Shown one piece after another: positions 34,736-46,774 of a stretch of 64,000 nucleotides of DNA (position 1 is its first letter; the number at the start of each line of letters is the position of its first letter). The notes below the pieces were generated by a model. It had not been told where the DNA came from. It did no database searches and saw only the letters and a list, made by a program, of their open reading frames with translations. The DNA comes from Naegleria gruberi (Eukaryota): the NCBI GenBank assembly GCA_000004985.1, contig GG738913.1, one strand, 5' to 3'. The position numbers and the translations under genes are program-made.

Positions 34736-34975
34736 AACCCGACGGGTTCGTCTTGATGATATTACGAATATTAAATAATAAATTCTTTCTTGTTGGGATT
34801 GCTTTGTTCATTTCTTGTAACTCTGTGGACACAAATACTTGGCTTGAACACCCTATGCTGGAACCCCGGGTAGTATAGGGTACGGTGACTTAACCCGACG
34901 TAAGTATTGCGGCAACACACTGTGGTCTCAGGGTCAACAGTGTAGTTACTGGGTGGTACGACATTTTTTTTGAGA
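34736..34975 (+). ncRNA. Candidate structured ncRNA, possibly Pol III-transcribed, class unknown
   Basis: A roughly 50%-GC island sits in a background of about 30% GC. It holds the perfect hairpin gaacccGACgggttc and a repeated acccgacg motif. It ends in a T8 run at 34964-34971. An A9 run at 34709-34717 would act as a terminator for the opposite strand. Confidence 0.2.
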
Positions 34976-34992
34976 CGAAATTATAAAAAAAA

Positions 34993-36054
34993 ATGACAGA
35001 CAAGGCATCTATGGAAGAAATTTTCGGCTCTGATTTTGAAGAGGAGTCTGAAGAAGAGCAACAACAACAACAACAAAACGAGGAAATACAATCATCATCT
35101 GATAATGAAGTAGAGGAATTTACACACAGAAGAGTAACTAGATCATCCGAACATCAAAAAATTGCTGAAAAGGAAAGATTAGAAGAAGAACAACGAAAAT
35201 TGGAGGACCAAATGCTTACATCACAAGCTGAACATTACGATTCTTTATTATATAAATATGATAGTGATGGTGACGATGAATCAAAGCAAGTCTTGGAAGT
35301 TAAACATAGTGAGAGACCAACCAAAGATAGTTTAGATCTCTTCTTCCTCCGTACTCCTATACAATTTAATACTGATGAAAAGGAATTTACAGAGGAAAGT
35401 TCACTTCCAAAGAATGATTTGTATACTATTCGTTGGAAAAAGAATGAGGAAACTGGAGAAATTGAAAGTAATACTCGTGTTGTACAATATGAAGATGGAT
35501 CATACCAAGTTTTTGTTGGTAATGAAGTTATCTTGAATTTGGAAGCTAAGAAATATACTAATTATAACAATTTACATTTGTTTGAAAAGGTTAGCCCATT
35601 CTGTTATTATGGACATGGTATTTTCACACACAGACTCAACTCTAAAGCTACATCAACACAAACAAAAGGAAGAGACATTGCTCTCAAACTTACCAAAGGA
35701 ACAACAACAACCAAGATAAAGAAGACAGTTCTGACATCAAAGAGACCTGAAACTGAGGAAACTAAGAAGGTTATGGAAGAAGCACAAAGTTTAAAGAAGA
35801 AGCAACAAAAGAAACAACAAAAGTATCAAAATACATTGACATTGGACAATGCCTCTCTGGAAGATGCTGGATCATCCTCCGATGAAGAAGGAAATGTCAG
35901 AAAGATTAAGAGAAATACTCTAAGAAAGCCAAAGAGATCCTCGTATGAAGATGAAGAAGAAAGTGCTGATAGTGCTAGTACTGGTAGTGACGAAGAAAGT
36001 GCCGATAGTTATTCAAGTGATGACAGTTCAAGAGCATCAAAGAAGAGAAGATAG
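34993..36054 (+). CDS. LEO1: Paf1-complex subunit Leo1 homolog
   Basis: The conserved Leo1 core is YTIRWKKNEETGEIESNTRVVQYEDGSYQVFVGNEVILNLEAKKY...NLHLF. It is flanked by acidic and Ser-rich termini. Confidence 0.6.
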   Translation: MTDKASMEEIFGSDFEEESEEEQQQQQQNEEIQSSSDNEVEEFTHRRVTRSSEHQKIAEKERLEEEQRKLEDQMLTSQAEHYDSLLYKYDSDGDDESKQVLEVKHSERPTKDSLDLFFLRTPIQFNTDEKEFTEESSLPKNDLYTIRWKKNEETGEIESNTRVVQYEDGSYQVFVGNEVILNLEAKKYTNYNNLHLFEKVSPFCYYGHGIFTHRLNSKATSTQTKGRDIALKLTKGTTTTKIKKTVLTSKRPETEETKKVMEEAQSLKKKQQKKQQKYQNTLTLDNASLEDAGSSSDEEGNVRKIKRNTLRKPKRSSYEDEEESADSASTGSDEESADSYSSDDSSRASKKRR

Positions 36055-36313
36055 ACATTCATGATCGTCGCTAAATAGGAATGATGATGATGAATAAATA
36101 ATTTATTAAATAGTAATCAATTCATCAGCAATTTTAATATTTAAAAAAAATTCAAGAAAGCTGATTGGACAATATAACCACCTTTCCGATTACTATAGTA
36201 TTTATTTGATCACAAAGTGATTGTCGTTATTATTGGAAGTGGATAAAGAAGTTTTTTAAGAATTTAATTTGTATATATAAATAATTGTAAATTTACATAT
36301 AGAAAACAATAGA

Positions 36314-37063
36314 ATGAGAAGAGGAGTAGGAATAGGAGCCCTTCAGGCTGATAAACTCAGACAACAAAAATTCAAAGAGAAGGGAGAAGATGTAAATAAT
36401 ATGCAAGTATCTCAAATGAAGGAAAGATTGGACATTTTCAGACAAAGTTTGGAAGAATTTGCAATTAAACATAAAAAGGACATTAACAAGAATGCTGAAT
36501 TTAGACATCAATTCCAACAAATGTGTTCAAAAATTGGAGTAGATCCATTAGCCTCTAACAAGGGTTTTTGGGCTGAATTATTGGGGGTTGGTGATTTTTA
36601 CTATGAATTAGGTATTCAAATTATTGAAATTTGTCTCAAAACAAGAAACCAAAATGGAGGACTCATTGAATTGAATGAATTAACTGAAAGAGTTCAAAAA
36701 ACAAGAAACAAGTATTCACAAAAAGATTATGAAATTACAACAGATGACATCAAACGTTCCATAAAGCACTTGAAAGTGTTGGGAAATGGATTTCAATTGG
36801 TTATGGTTGGAGGTGGAAGATACTTTGTGCAATCAGTTCCGTGTGAAATGAATGCTGATCAGACATCCATCCTTTCAAGTGTATTGGCCAAGAAGGCTCT
36901 TGAGGGTATGACAGTCTCAGACTTTGAAAGAGAATTAATGTGGTCCAAGGAGCGTGTTGTTTCAGCTCTTCGACCTCTTATCATGGAAGGGTTTGCATGG
37001 ATTGACACCCAATCACCCAAAGGAGAAGATGAATATTGGTTCCCTGGCTTGATATCTCAATAG
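36314..37063 (+). CDS. VPS22: ESCRT-II subunit Vps22 (SNF8/EAP30)
   Basis: MRRGVGIGALQ...FRHQFQQMCSKIGVDPLASNKGFWAELLGVGDFYYELGIQIIEICL matches the Vps22 N-terminus. The following GGLIELNEL continues into the winged-helix region. Confidence 0.8.
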   Translation: MRRGVGIGALQADKLRQQKFKEKGEDVNNMQVSQMKERLDIFRQSLEEFAIKHKKDINKNAEFRHQFQQMCSKIGVDPLASNKGFWAELLGVGDFYYELGIQIIEICLKTRNQNGGLIELNELTERVQKTRNKYSQKDYEITTDDIKRSIKHLKVLGNGFQLVMVGGGRYFVQSVPCEMNADQTSILSSVLAKKALEGMTVSDFERELMWSKERVVSALRPLIMEGFAWIDTQSPKGEDEYWFPGLISQ

Positions 37064-37462
37064 TGTACTACAATTAAATATCTAATTTTAGTAAATTATT
37101 TCACTCTAAAAGAATTTGACAGCTCTTTTCTAGAATTATGTTACAAGAAATGTACAACTCTTTAAAGAATAATTCATTAATTGATCCACAAACTCTTGAG
37201 ATCGATTCTGGAAAGTTATTGGACTTACTAAATGTTTTGAAAATGTTCAGGAAGATTTTGGTGATTTGATAATGAGGAATATTAATGGATTTATTGGCAT
37301 GGCTATGCTAACATAAAAATGATGAAACCAAACTAATACAATATTTTGAAAGATGATAAGTTCGGTTGGGAAGAATTCGCTTACTCCCGTTCATGTGCTT
37401 AATATTTTCTTAACACATAAAAGATTAAGACAAAGTTTTTAAATAGAAGATTTTAAAGTAAT

Positions 37463-38794
37463 TTACTTCTTGGATGGTTCCTTCTTTTCGACGGTCTTGA
37501 TAACACCAACAGCGACAGTTTGCTTCATGTCTCTGACAGCGAATCTACCCAAAGGTGGATATTCAACGAAACCTTCAACACACATTGGCTTGGTTGGAAC
37601 AATCTTGACGATAGCAGAGTCACCCTTCTTGATCTTTTCTGGGTTAGCTTCTTGAGTCTTACCAGATCTTCTGTCGATCTTTTCAATGATAGTTTCGAAC
37701 TTACAAGCAATGTGGGAGGTGTGACAATCCAAAACTGGAGTGTAACCGTTTCTGATTTCACCAGGGTGGTTCATGATAATGACTTGAGCATTGAATGAAA
37801 CAGCTTCTCTGGATGGATCGTTCTTAGCATCAGAAGCAACATAACCTCTCTTAATATCAGTGGTGGACAAACCCTTAACGTTGAAACCAACATTGTCACC
37901 TGGACCAGCTTCTGGAACAGAAGTGTGATGCATTTCGACGGACTTGACTTCAGTATCAGCAGCTTGACCTGGAGCAAAGTGAACCATCATACCTGGCTTC
38001 AATTTACCAGTTTCAACTCTACCGACTGGGACAGTACCAATACCACCAATCTTGTAAACATCTTGGAGTGGCAATCTCAATGGCTTATCAGTTGGTCTAA
38101 TTGGTTCAACCAAGTTATCCAAAGCATCCAAAAGACATGGTCCCTTGTACCATGGCATCTTGTCAGACTTTTCAATCATGTTGTCACCAGTCCAACCAGA
38201 AATTGGGACGAATTGGACACAGTTTGGCTTACCTTCTTCAGTTTGGAAACCCAAAGACTTCAAGTATCTACCAACTTCAGACTTGATTTCTTCGTATCTC
38301 TTATCAGAGTACTTGACAGTGGTATCATCGAACTTGTTCATACAGACAATCATTTGCTTAATACCCAAAGTGTAGGCGAGCAAAGCGTGTTCTCTAGTTT
38401 GACCATCCTTGGAGAAACCAGCTTCGAAACCACCGTTAGTTGAGTCAACAACCAAGATAGCAACGTCAGCTTGGGAAGTACCAGTAATCATGTTCTTAAT
38501 GAAATCTCTGTGACCTGGAGCATCAATGATGGTGAAGACGTACTTCTTAGATTCAAACTTCCAGAGAGCAATATCAATAGTGATACCTCTTTCTCTTTCA
38601 GCCTTCAACTTGTCCAAAACCCAAGCATACTTGAATGAGGACTTACCCATTTCAGCAGCTTCCTTTTCGAACTTTTCGATGACTCTCTTATCGATACCAC
38701 CGCACTTGTAGATCAAGTGACCAGTAGTAGTGGACTTACCGGCATCGACGTGACCAATGACGACAACGTTAATGTGTGACTTTTCCTTACCCAT
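37463..38794 (-). CDS. EF1A: Translation elongation factor 1-alpha
   Basis: [37 protein letters not shown]... 443 aa. The ORF track extends further upstream, but MGKEK is the canonical start (ATG at 38792-38794). Confidence 0.95.
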   Translation of the reverse strand: MGKEKSHINVVVIGHVDAGKSTTTGHLIYKCGGIDKRVIEKFEKEAAEMGKSSFKYAWVLDKLKAERERGITIDIALWKFESKKYVFTIIDAPGHRDFIKNMITGTSQADVAILVVDSTNGGFEAGFSKDGQTREHALLAYTLGIKQMIVCMNKFDDTTVKYSDKRYEEIKSEVGRYLKSLGFQTEEGKPNCVQFVPISGWTGDNMIEKSDKMPWYKGPCLLDALDNLVEPIRPTDKPLRLPLQDVYKIGGIGTVPVGRVETGKLKPGMMVHFAPGQAADTEVKSVEMHHTSVPEAGPGDNVGFNVKGLSTTDIKRGYVASDAKNDPSREAVSFNAQVIIMNHPGEIRNGYTPVLDCHTSHIACKFETIIEKIDRRSGKTQEANPEKIKKGDSAIVKIVPTKPMCVEGFVEYPPLGRFAVRDMKQTVAVGVIKTVEKKEPSKK

Positions 38795-39434
38795 CTTGCT
38801 ATTAAGGTGATTAATGGATGAAATATTTTTAAGGACACTTACTGTGTTGATTGTGAATGTTTTTTTTCGAACGAGTTTTTCTAGCCTCTCTTGATGCCGT
38901 TCTTTTATACGCCACTGTAAAATCTTACAACATACAGTCAACGGTCTAACAACCAATCGATGATGCGCTATTTTACAATCTAAACGAACGCGGCTCAATC
39001 CCACAGCAGAGACTTCCGAAAAGAGTGTTGAAGATGTGGATCCAAACTTTACCTCTCACCTTAGAAAACATTTTCAGGCTTGTTGTGTGGTTGTGGTAAA
39101 ATTGTTGGTGATGGGTTCATTGTCTAGAACCATCAAGCAAAAACAAATTCAACAATTGTCTTCATCATGATTGTGTTATCTTGAAGCTTCCTTAATTCTT
39201 CTTGAATGTTGAGTTGTTTCCATGAATACAAGAAGAAAATAGCATTTAGCAGCATACAATGTAGTGTCTTGTTGATATGTAAGAAACATGAGAAATAGTA
39301 TTAACATCATATATCTCGTTAAAACAAATTAGTACCCCAATAGTTGTGGATTGATCACCAAGGCAATAAATAAATATTAATTGCAATAATACAGTATCAT
39401 CAAAAGCAATCTGTAAATAACAACTAATATTTAT

Positions 39435-39845
39435 TTAGAGTTCATCCTTGAAATCAACAAATTTAACATTGTTTTGTTCCAAAAGCTTTTGGAGTTCTCC
39501 AGTTTTGTGAAGCTTATGAGCCAAATCGCAACCTCCTACATATTGTTGACCAATCCACAAGGAAGGAACTGTTCTGGATCCACTTCTTGATGAAACTTCT
39601 TGTTGAATTTCAAAGCCATCGGCCAATTGATCAAGTTGTACAACATTAACATTTTCAATTGATAATTTCTTCAACAAGCCAACCAATCTTTGGCAATATG
39701 GGCAATAGCTTTTAGAGAAGACGGTTACTTGGTGATTATTAATATTTTCATCAACAAAAGTAGCAATTTCTGGGGAAGCAATAGTTCCGACAATAAATAA
39801 GTTGGCAATCAATACTAAGAAAAGAAGAGAAGTGATGACTTTCAT
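39435..39845 (-). CDS. Secretory-pathway glutaredoxin (CPYC type)
   Basis: A signal peptide (MKVITSLLFLVLIANLFIVGTIA) precedes the active site SKSYCPYCQ. The glutathione-binding motifs TVPSLWIGQQYVGGCD are present. Confidence 0.75.
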   Translation of the reverse strand: MKVITSLLFLVLIANLFIVGTIASPEIATFVDENINNHQVTVFSKSYCPYCQRLVGLLKKLSIENVNVVQLDQLADGFEIQQEVSSRSGSRTVPSLWIGQQYVGGCDLAHKLHKTGELQKLLEQNNVKFVDFKDEL

Positions 39846-39965
39846 TTTTTTGATTTTAGAATCCTTTCTAATCATATCAGAATCGTTTCCTATTATTTTG
39901 AAACAAAAAAGAAACCTTAGAAATTGTTGCATTATGATAGGATTTTAATTTACATTTATTTTGTA

Positions 39966-41759
39966 TTAGACTTGTGTGGCTTCCTCTACTGAAACATTAT
40001 TGATATTTTCTGGAATTTTGGATTCGAGTTGAGTCTTTCGCCTCGAATTTAAAACTTGAGCACATGTCTTTAAGCCAACATCTCTCTTGAATAATTCCTT
40101 CATGAATTGTTTAATGTCTTCACCCTTATCACCAACCTTATCTTCCATTCTTGCATCACCTAGAACTTTAAGAACTTGAGTTCTTTGAGCATCTCCTAAT
40201 TTACTAAACCTGGTATATATTTCAGTTACTAACTCCACTACTTCAGTATTGTTGCTCAAGCCAAACTTTAAAGCATAGAGAGACTTGAGATTGGCATCAT
40301 CACTAGTGAGCAAGTTGACCAATACTTGATTTGCACTTCCTAGTTGGTGTTTGAGAACTGTCAATCCTACAATAGCTTCATGCAAAATGGCCATTTTAGG
40401 ATGAGAATTGTGGATTGTTACAGTTTCCATCATGACACTGAAAAATTCCTTTGTGTTCAATTCATTACTGGAGAGAATGTTCTGTCTATGTTCGTTAGTG
40501 ACAACAAGAGGTGTCATTGGAGAGGTTGCCTCACCGACAGGTTCTGAGATTCTAGTGTTTGAGCTATCACCCAAGAGTATTTCCAAAAATTCATACAAAC
40601 TAGATGAATTATTGACTCCCTTGATGGCTCTCAATTGTAGAAGGAATCTGTAGGACTTAACGAGCGGATGTTCAGCCAAATCATTTACACCAATTCTAAC
40701 TTTAGGATCAGGGTGAATCATCTTCATGATTAACTCCTTCATACTTGGTAATTTTACACTATTAAACAATTCCATAACTCTATGAGGTTCCTCAACAACA
40801 ATTTCACTGAATTCATCGTGAGAGTACGAACAGGCCAACTCTAAAATTGTCACACCCAAAGAGTAGACATCTACTGCACTAGTGTAACCAGTTCTATTGT
40901 AAATTTCAGGAGCAGCATAGAGTGGAGAACCACACATGGTACTAGCCATTTGTTTAGCCATGAGAGCCTTTGAAAGTCCAAAATCAGCCAATTTAATAAC
41001 CATTCTACCATCAACAGCCTCAATCAACATGTTTGAAGGTTTGATATCTCTATGAATCACACCACGAGCAGAGCAGAATTTGATAGATTCAATCATATCA
41101 ACAAACCAGCCAGTAATTGACCAAACAGGGAAGTTAACCTTTTCATTCATGACAACAGCTTCTAAATAGTCAGCAATTGATCCCAACTCACAATATTCTG
41201 AAACAATTACAATACAATCAGTATTCTTTTCATCTTTCATTTCAAAAGTATCAAGTAAACGTAAAATATTGGGATGGATCAGTGATTTCATAATTTCAAT
41301 TTCGTTTTGAATCTTTTCCAAATCTCTCAACTTTTCAGGTTTAATCAAAATCTTCAATGCCAAATCTTTACCAGTATTTGTTTGTTTGACGTGATAAACT
41401 TCACCAAATGTTCCTCTACCAACCAATTTAATTACTTCATAACCAATTTTTTCTGTGACATCTCCACTAATGGAACCATGACGTTTCGAATTACCACTGC
41501 TACTACTACTACCTCCACTTGGAGTTGGTGATGTTGGAGAGTTTGCAGAATTGGCAGAGAGGAATTTTGCAGATGGTTGTGAGTTATTAGGAGAAGTTGT
41601 TTGACTTGTTGTAGCATTCGGATTATAGTAAATTTCTCCATCATAGAGTCTATTATTATTTGGAGCTTTTCTTACAGATTTACGTCTGAATTGTTGAATT
41701 TCAGGAAGTTCTTGAAAAGCCATTCTAGACTTGCTAGTGCTCACTCCAATATTACCCAT
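39966..41759 (-). CDS. Ser/Thr protein kinase with a C-terminal helical-repeat extension (ULK/Fused-like)
   Basis: Motifs are GRGTFGEVY, LALKIL, HRDIKPSNMLI, LADFGLS and GSPLYAAPE. An N-terminal MG suggests a possible myristoylation site. The C-terminal roughly 280 aa is helical. Confidence 0.75.
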   Translation of the reverse strand: MGNIGVSTSKSRMAFQELPEIQQFRRKSVRKAPNNNRLYDGEIYYNPNATTSQTTSPNNSQPSAKFLSANSANSPTSPTPSGGSSSSSGNSKRHGSISGDVTEKIGYEVIKLVGRGTFGEVYHVKQTNTGKDLALKILIKPEKLRDLEKIQNEIEIMKSLIHPNILRLLDTFEMKDEKNTDCIVIVSEYCELGSIADYLEAVVMNEKVNFPVWSITGWFVDMIESIKFCSARGVIHRDIKPSNMLIEAVDGRMVIKLADFGLSKALMAKQMASTMCGSPLYAAPEIYNRTGYTSAVDVYSLGVTILELACSYSHDEFSEIVVEEPHRVMELFNSVKLPSMKELIMKMIHPDPKVRIGVNDLAEHPLVKSYRFLLQLRAIKGVNNSSSLYEFLEILLGDSSNTRISEPVGEATSPMTPLVVTNEHRQNILSSNELNTKEFFSVMMETVTIHNSHPKMAILHEAIVGLTVLKHQLGSANQVLVNLLTSDDANLKSLYALKFGLSNNTEVVELVTEIYTRFSKLGDAQRTQVLKVLGDARMEDKVGDKGEDIKQFMKELFKRDVGLKTCAQVLNSRRKTQLESKIPENINNVSVEEATQV

Positions 41760-42646
41760 GTTTTCTTTTTGTCAACAATTTGAGTTTTAAAATCTGATAA
41801 TTATTATTGTTGTTGTATTATTCGATAATAATTGTCATCATTCATCGTAAAATGTTGTATAATTAATTATCATGTTGTTGTATAAATTCCATCATGATGA
41901 AAAGTATTTCATACGGAATTGTAAATATATTCATTGTCATCATCATCATTATGAAAACTTTTAAACTTACAAATTGATGATTGACCAAACAATTCAACCG
42001 ACACAGTAAATTTCAAAGGAAGAGAAATAATTGGGCGCCAAAATTTGGATTGAAATGAATCAATGTTTCGCTCAGTGCTTTTTTTTGATATTTTTAAGTT
42101 TCTTATTGGCAGAAAGGTGAATAGTTGATAATAATGGGAGATGAAAGTAAGTGACAATTGTTGAATGGTGAGTTGTTTATATTGCTGAGATACATTTTGC
42201 AAGAATCTTGGTGGATTGTATTCGAAAGTAGACGATTGTATTGTTGATATGATGGGCATTATGGATTGTGATTTTATTTACGAAAGCTCTATTGTGATAT
42301 CTCTAGTTAAAAATAGCTCCTCCATTTCCCTCAATAAAATTTCCAACTTTACATCATTAAGAATATATATAGAAGTGTATTAAAAAAACAATACCAAGCG
42401 TATCTTACTGCACATCGGAGATGAAAATAGTATTATAATATGTTTTTCCCTTTCAACAGAATGAGAGTGCAAAAATTACATTAAGATGAATTTTTATTGT
42501 GGTTCAAACATTAGTTTTGAGCATCGTCAATTGTTGAACTTCAGTCAGTTCCAAAATTACTGCTTTGGAGAAGAATTCACAATTTACAAATGCTTCATAC
42601 TCTCTTGGATAATTAACATTTAATCAATATTATAATGTCCTGTACT

Positions 42647-45101
42647 TTAAAATGAAACTTTGAAATTCTTTTCAATACTTGTATGATAGTTTGTAAAATT
42701 CAATACATCACTATCTCTATAACTTTCCAAAAATCTAGATAATCTCAATATTGCTTGATCTTTAGGATTTGTCTTTAAAACAGATTGCAAATAGTCTGAT
42801 ACAGTATCATACTGATTCTCTGTCAAAGTTCCAGAAAATAATAGTGTGAATTTTGTTGTATACTCATCAAATTTCAAGTTTGATGGTTTCTCTTCCAACT
42901 CAGAATACCATTCATCATCTTTGGCATGATTCTTCTTCACCACTTGATAAATCTCTTCAATTGTCTTATAATCCTGATTGTAGATTCTTTCAATTGGGCG
43001 TACCACAAATCTTCCCTTTGTTGCTATAAAGCACGGTGTATCAGCAACTATAGGAATGTTCATGAAGGTTGAGAATTCATTTAAGGTTTTTGCTCTTTCC
43101 AATACAGAACCAATCAGGGCAAAGTAACGAGTTTGTTTCGAACCAACGTTACCATTCACCATTTTACCAGAAGCCACACCCATGCAGATATCCAATACAG
43201 GCCTTCCTTCCTTAGTGAGATGATCATTGAAAGGAACAAACATGGATCTAATCTTTAAACAAGTTTCCAAAGCAGTATGTGCTGGATTCTTCTCAGAGTT
43301 TGAGAAGAAGATTACAAATTCATTATGACTCTTAATTTGTAAATCTCCTCTGCAAGTTCTACAAATATTCGAAATGGAAGTGAGTGCCTTTGAAATGATA
43401 GTTGCCATAAATCCTGGGTCATAGTCAAATGTTTCTTCTGTCAGATTTGAAAGTGTCAAATAAATGACAGCACATTCAGAACGACTCAGACCAACTTTGA
43501 AAATAGAATTCTTTCCACCTTCATTCATGAAGCTGTCCTTACTAGTTAATGAACCTGTGTGAATTGATTCTGAATAAGTTCCCTTACTAATACTTGAATC
43601 AACGGGTTGTTCTGAATATTTAACTGAACGCCTCCGAGCTCGCTTGCTATCTCTCAAATTTGAATTTTCCAATTGTAACAGGACAGAATCTGGAATAAAC
43701 GATTTGATTTCATTTAACCATCTTACAGTTTCAGTCAAACTAGTATAAATTGTTCTAGATTCACTAAATATGGATTTCCTTGGTCGAATATTTTCAAAAT
43801 CCAAAACTTCAATCATTTTCAAATCTTGCTGCAATGTAAAGAACGGATTTGTAATAACCCATCCAATTACAATACCCACCACAATACCACATAGTGTTAC
43901 AAACACAGTCACACCAATAATAATGTAACTGCTTTGAACTATACCAGCTGTAATCTCTGTATCTGAAATGAAAATGGTCATTCTCCATTTAATATTGTAA
44001 AATGAAAAGGTGCTGGTATCTACCATGTATTTGGTTCCATACGGGTCAATGATATATTTCAATGTATCGTTACATTCCACAAGTTGTTTTAACATTTTCC
44101 CAGCAAATCTTTCCTCTATTGTAAAAATATTTACTCTGTCGAAACGAATACCATCCACACAGAGTGAACTACCAATGAGATAGTTGGTATCATATTCTGA
44201 TAGTACAACAAAACCATGAGTCATGACTTTGACTTGGCTTAAATAATTGGAAATTGCTTCCAGGGATAAATTGATTTTAGAAAGTCCAATTCTATTTTTC
44301 ACACCTGGATATTCTGTCCTGTTGTAAATGGGTGTACTCCAATATGTTGCAACAGCTGCTCCCAGTGCTATTTCGATTGTTCAATTAAGAAATTAAATTC
44401 AAAGTATTTGAAAACTCACGTTTGTAAGGTTGTCCAAATCCACCCTCAGGATTACTCTTCAACATTTGAAGAGATTCCTTATAATAACCAGTATTTGAAA
44501 CTACATAACTCGTATTCTGTGTAATCCAATCAAATTGAGTCTTTCCAGTTTCTGGATTAGTCCAATATAAAATCATTCGCTTCTCCGCCTGTTTCTTCCT
44601 AAAGAATGACAAATTATCATATGTTGTTGTGTATCCATATGAAATGTCATTCCCTCTCTCTCCAAAACAAAAATTAAGGAGTGTGACATTGAACAGTTTC
44701 AGTCTACTAAACAGATATTCCTTAATATTATCATTCATGTCAATGTAACCATTGTAATAATCTTTGGCCATGGCATCAGCCACATATTTAGGACGCATTA
44801 ATTGCCTGTACAAGAACTCGCTTATAGTGTTTTTCATATTACTAACAATTTGGTCGGCCTGATCCAATGCAACAGTTTCATTCATGGAGTAAGATGTTGC
44901 CCAAATGGAAACTGCTGTGAAAACCACTAGCAATATAATGGTAATGATCAAAATTAGACGGATACTAAGCAGATATTTGAGAAGTATATTTCGTTTCTTT
45001 GCTGGCACGTTAGTTACGTCTGAACCATCTTCTTCATCTAACATATCGAGAGTCATTTGAGGAAGTGATGAATCCACATTCTGAGGTATTATCTTGACCA
45101 T
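42647..45101 (-). CDS. Receptor-type class III nucleotidyl (adenylate/guanylate) cyclase, 2 exons
   Basis: Exons are 45101..44420 and 44367..42647. The 52-nt intron at 44368..44419 has a GTGAGT donor and a GAAATAG acceptor. The layout is a signal/anchor, an extracellular region, a TM (IIIGVTVFVTLCGIVVGIVIGWVI) and a cyclase domain (GDLQIKSHNEFVIFF...LDICMGVASGKMVNGNVGSKQTRYFALIGSVLERAKTL). Confidence 0.6.
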
Positions 45102-46053
45102 TTTCTATCTAACTATGATGTATATTAATTATATAAGTATTATTATTGTGATGATGATGATTAATTTTCCTTAATGATGATGTTAATTGTTTTTAATTAT
45201 TTTCTATTAAGGTATGAAGGAGGACGGATATGAATTTGTTCTTGTTGGGTAGCTGCAATAATCTCTATTTGTAAAACAAACACGGAAATTACTGTTAATG
45301 TTGGTAGTGCAGCTAGTTGATGTGTTGTTCGTTGAGTTGTTTGTTATATGTGAATCCTTGAAAGAAACAAAAACGTTTTGAGCACTAAACAACCTACCGT
45401 ACATTAAACAATAAACGTTAACATAAACCAAGTTGGAAGTAGCAATCATGTTTGGCCGTGGCAGATCGTTGAAGTGCGTTTATGAGAACAATTAAGGCAA
45501 AATACAGTATTAATGACACAAACTGGATATTAGAATCCTCAATATTGAGAACATTGTTGGCTTACAGTTCTCCTTACGAAGAGTGTGTTGCTTTTTGGCG
45601 GGAAAGTCCAGAAGGAAGGGATCAGCGTATTTGAAAGGATGTTCTCTATAAGCCACACAATGGTGTTTGAGTATAATTGAATGTCCAAATCAAACACAGA
45701 CAAATTTGGTTATAGGAATAGACAGAAAGTTTTCATGTGATAGTCCATTTAAGTTGGTCTTTGTCTTGTCTACATTATATGAGACCAATCAGAGAAGCTG
45801 CATCAATTCCTTAAGAACGTTCTCAACAAGTGGAGATGAAGTATTTGAAAATAATTCCTTAAAGGAGGGTCATGGAAAACTCTTGATTTAAGGGCGGTGA
45901 ATATAGTGAAGATAGTATTTTGAATGTTACATTCAACAATTTCAAAGAACTCTCTGATCGTTAATAATAATAGATTCATAATTATAAAATCTGATTTAAA
46001 AGGTGAAAATCACACAAGTGAAGTTTGTGAATTTTAAAATTCAAACAAAAAAA

Positions 46054-46737
46054 ATGATTGAAATCTTTGCATGGATTGTTATTGTAATTGTGCTCTCTCT
46101 TGTTGCTTCCTATCATTACTACATGAATATCCGATCTGAACAACCCTATCTCAGGAAGGGCTCCGAATCACTAGAATCAAAGCCGATTAAAATTATTCTT
46201 CATGGACCTTGTGCTTCTGGAAAATCAACTCATTCTAAAGAATTATCAAAGTCGTTGAATATTCCAGTAATTGATTCCGATTTTCACAGATTTTATCCAG
46301 CTCATGAATTTGAGTGGAAGAATAAGAGTAGAGCAGAGTTTGTTGCAGCTGTTGAGAAGGATATGGATCAATATAGAGAGAAAGGTTGGGTGTTTGATGG
46401 CCGAGTGTTGCAATTACCATCTGTGGTGAGAGAGGCAAATGTTTTGATCATGATGGATTATGCACTCATTGTTACCTATTGGAGATTGTTAGTAAGGTGT
46501 GTCAGTAGATGTATTTCAAAGACCAAGTGTTGTAATGGGAATGTTGAGAGATGGACCAATCAATTGGGGAAGGACTCACTCTTTGTGTTTGAATTCAGTT
46601 GTATGGTAGATGCTAAGAAACGTGATATTGGAATGAACAAACATTTCGAGGAGAATCCTCATCTTCATATTTTCAGAGTGCTTTCGCCACGAGATATGGA
46701 AGATTTGTTAAAGAAACTTAATTTTAAAAATTTGTAA
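46054..46737 (+). CDS. P-loop NTPase (adenylate-kinase-fold / topology-modulation FlaR-like) with an N-terminal TM helix
   Basis: The ORF-track start is GTG, so I used the first ATG at 46054. Walker A is GPCASGKST. NIPVIDSDFHRFYP resembles the FlaR/AAA-kinase family. Confidence 0.5.
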   Translation: MIEIFAWIVIVIVLSLVASYHYYMNIRSEQPYLRKGSESLESKPIKIILHGPCASGKSTHSKELSKSLNIPVIDSDFHRFYPAHEFEWKNKSRAEFVAAVEKDMDQYREKGWVFDGRVLQLPSVVREANVLIMMDYALIVTYWRLLVRCVSRCISKTKCCNGNVERWTNQLGKDSLFVFEFSCMVDAKKRDIGMNKHFEENPHLHIFRVLSPRDMEDLLKKLNFKNL

Positions 46738-46774
46738 ATATGAATTGTAAATGGTGATACATTTATCCAAATAA

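Noticed and set aside
34840-34965. Resemblance of the GC-rich island to the 3' half of 5S rRNA (cagggtc…tagttactgggtggtacgac against CAGGGTC…TAGTACTTGGATGGGAGACC)
   Set aside because: The element ends in a T-run about 30 nt before a 5S rRNA would end. Helix I cannot form and the 5' half does not align. It is kept only as an unclassified candidate ncRNA.
37470-38711. Several plus-strand ORFs of 60 to 172 aa inside the EF-1alpha locus
   Set aside because: They are antisense to a highly conserved EF1A coding sequence, and no independent coding signal supports them.
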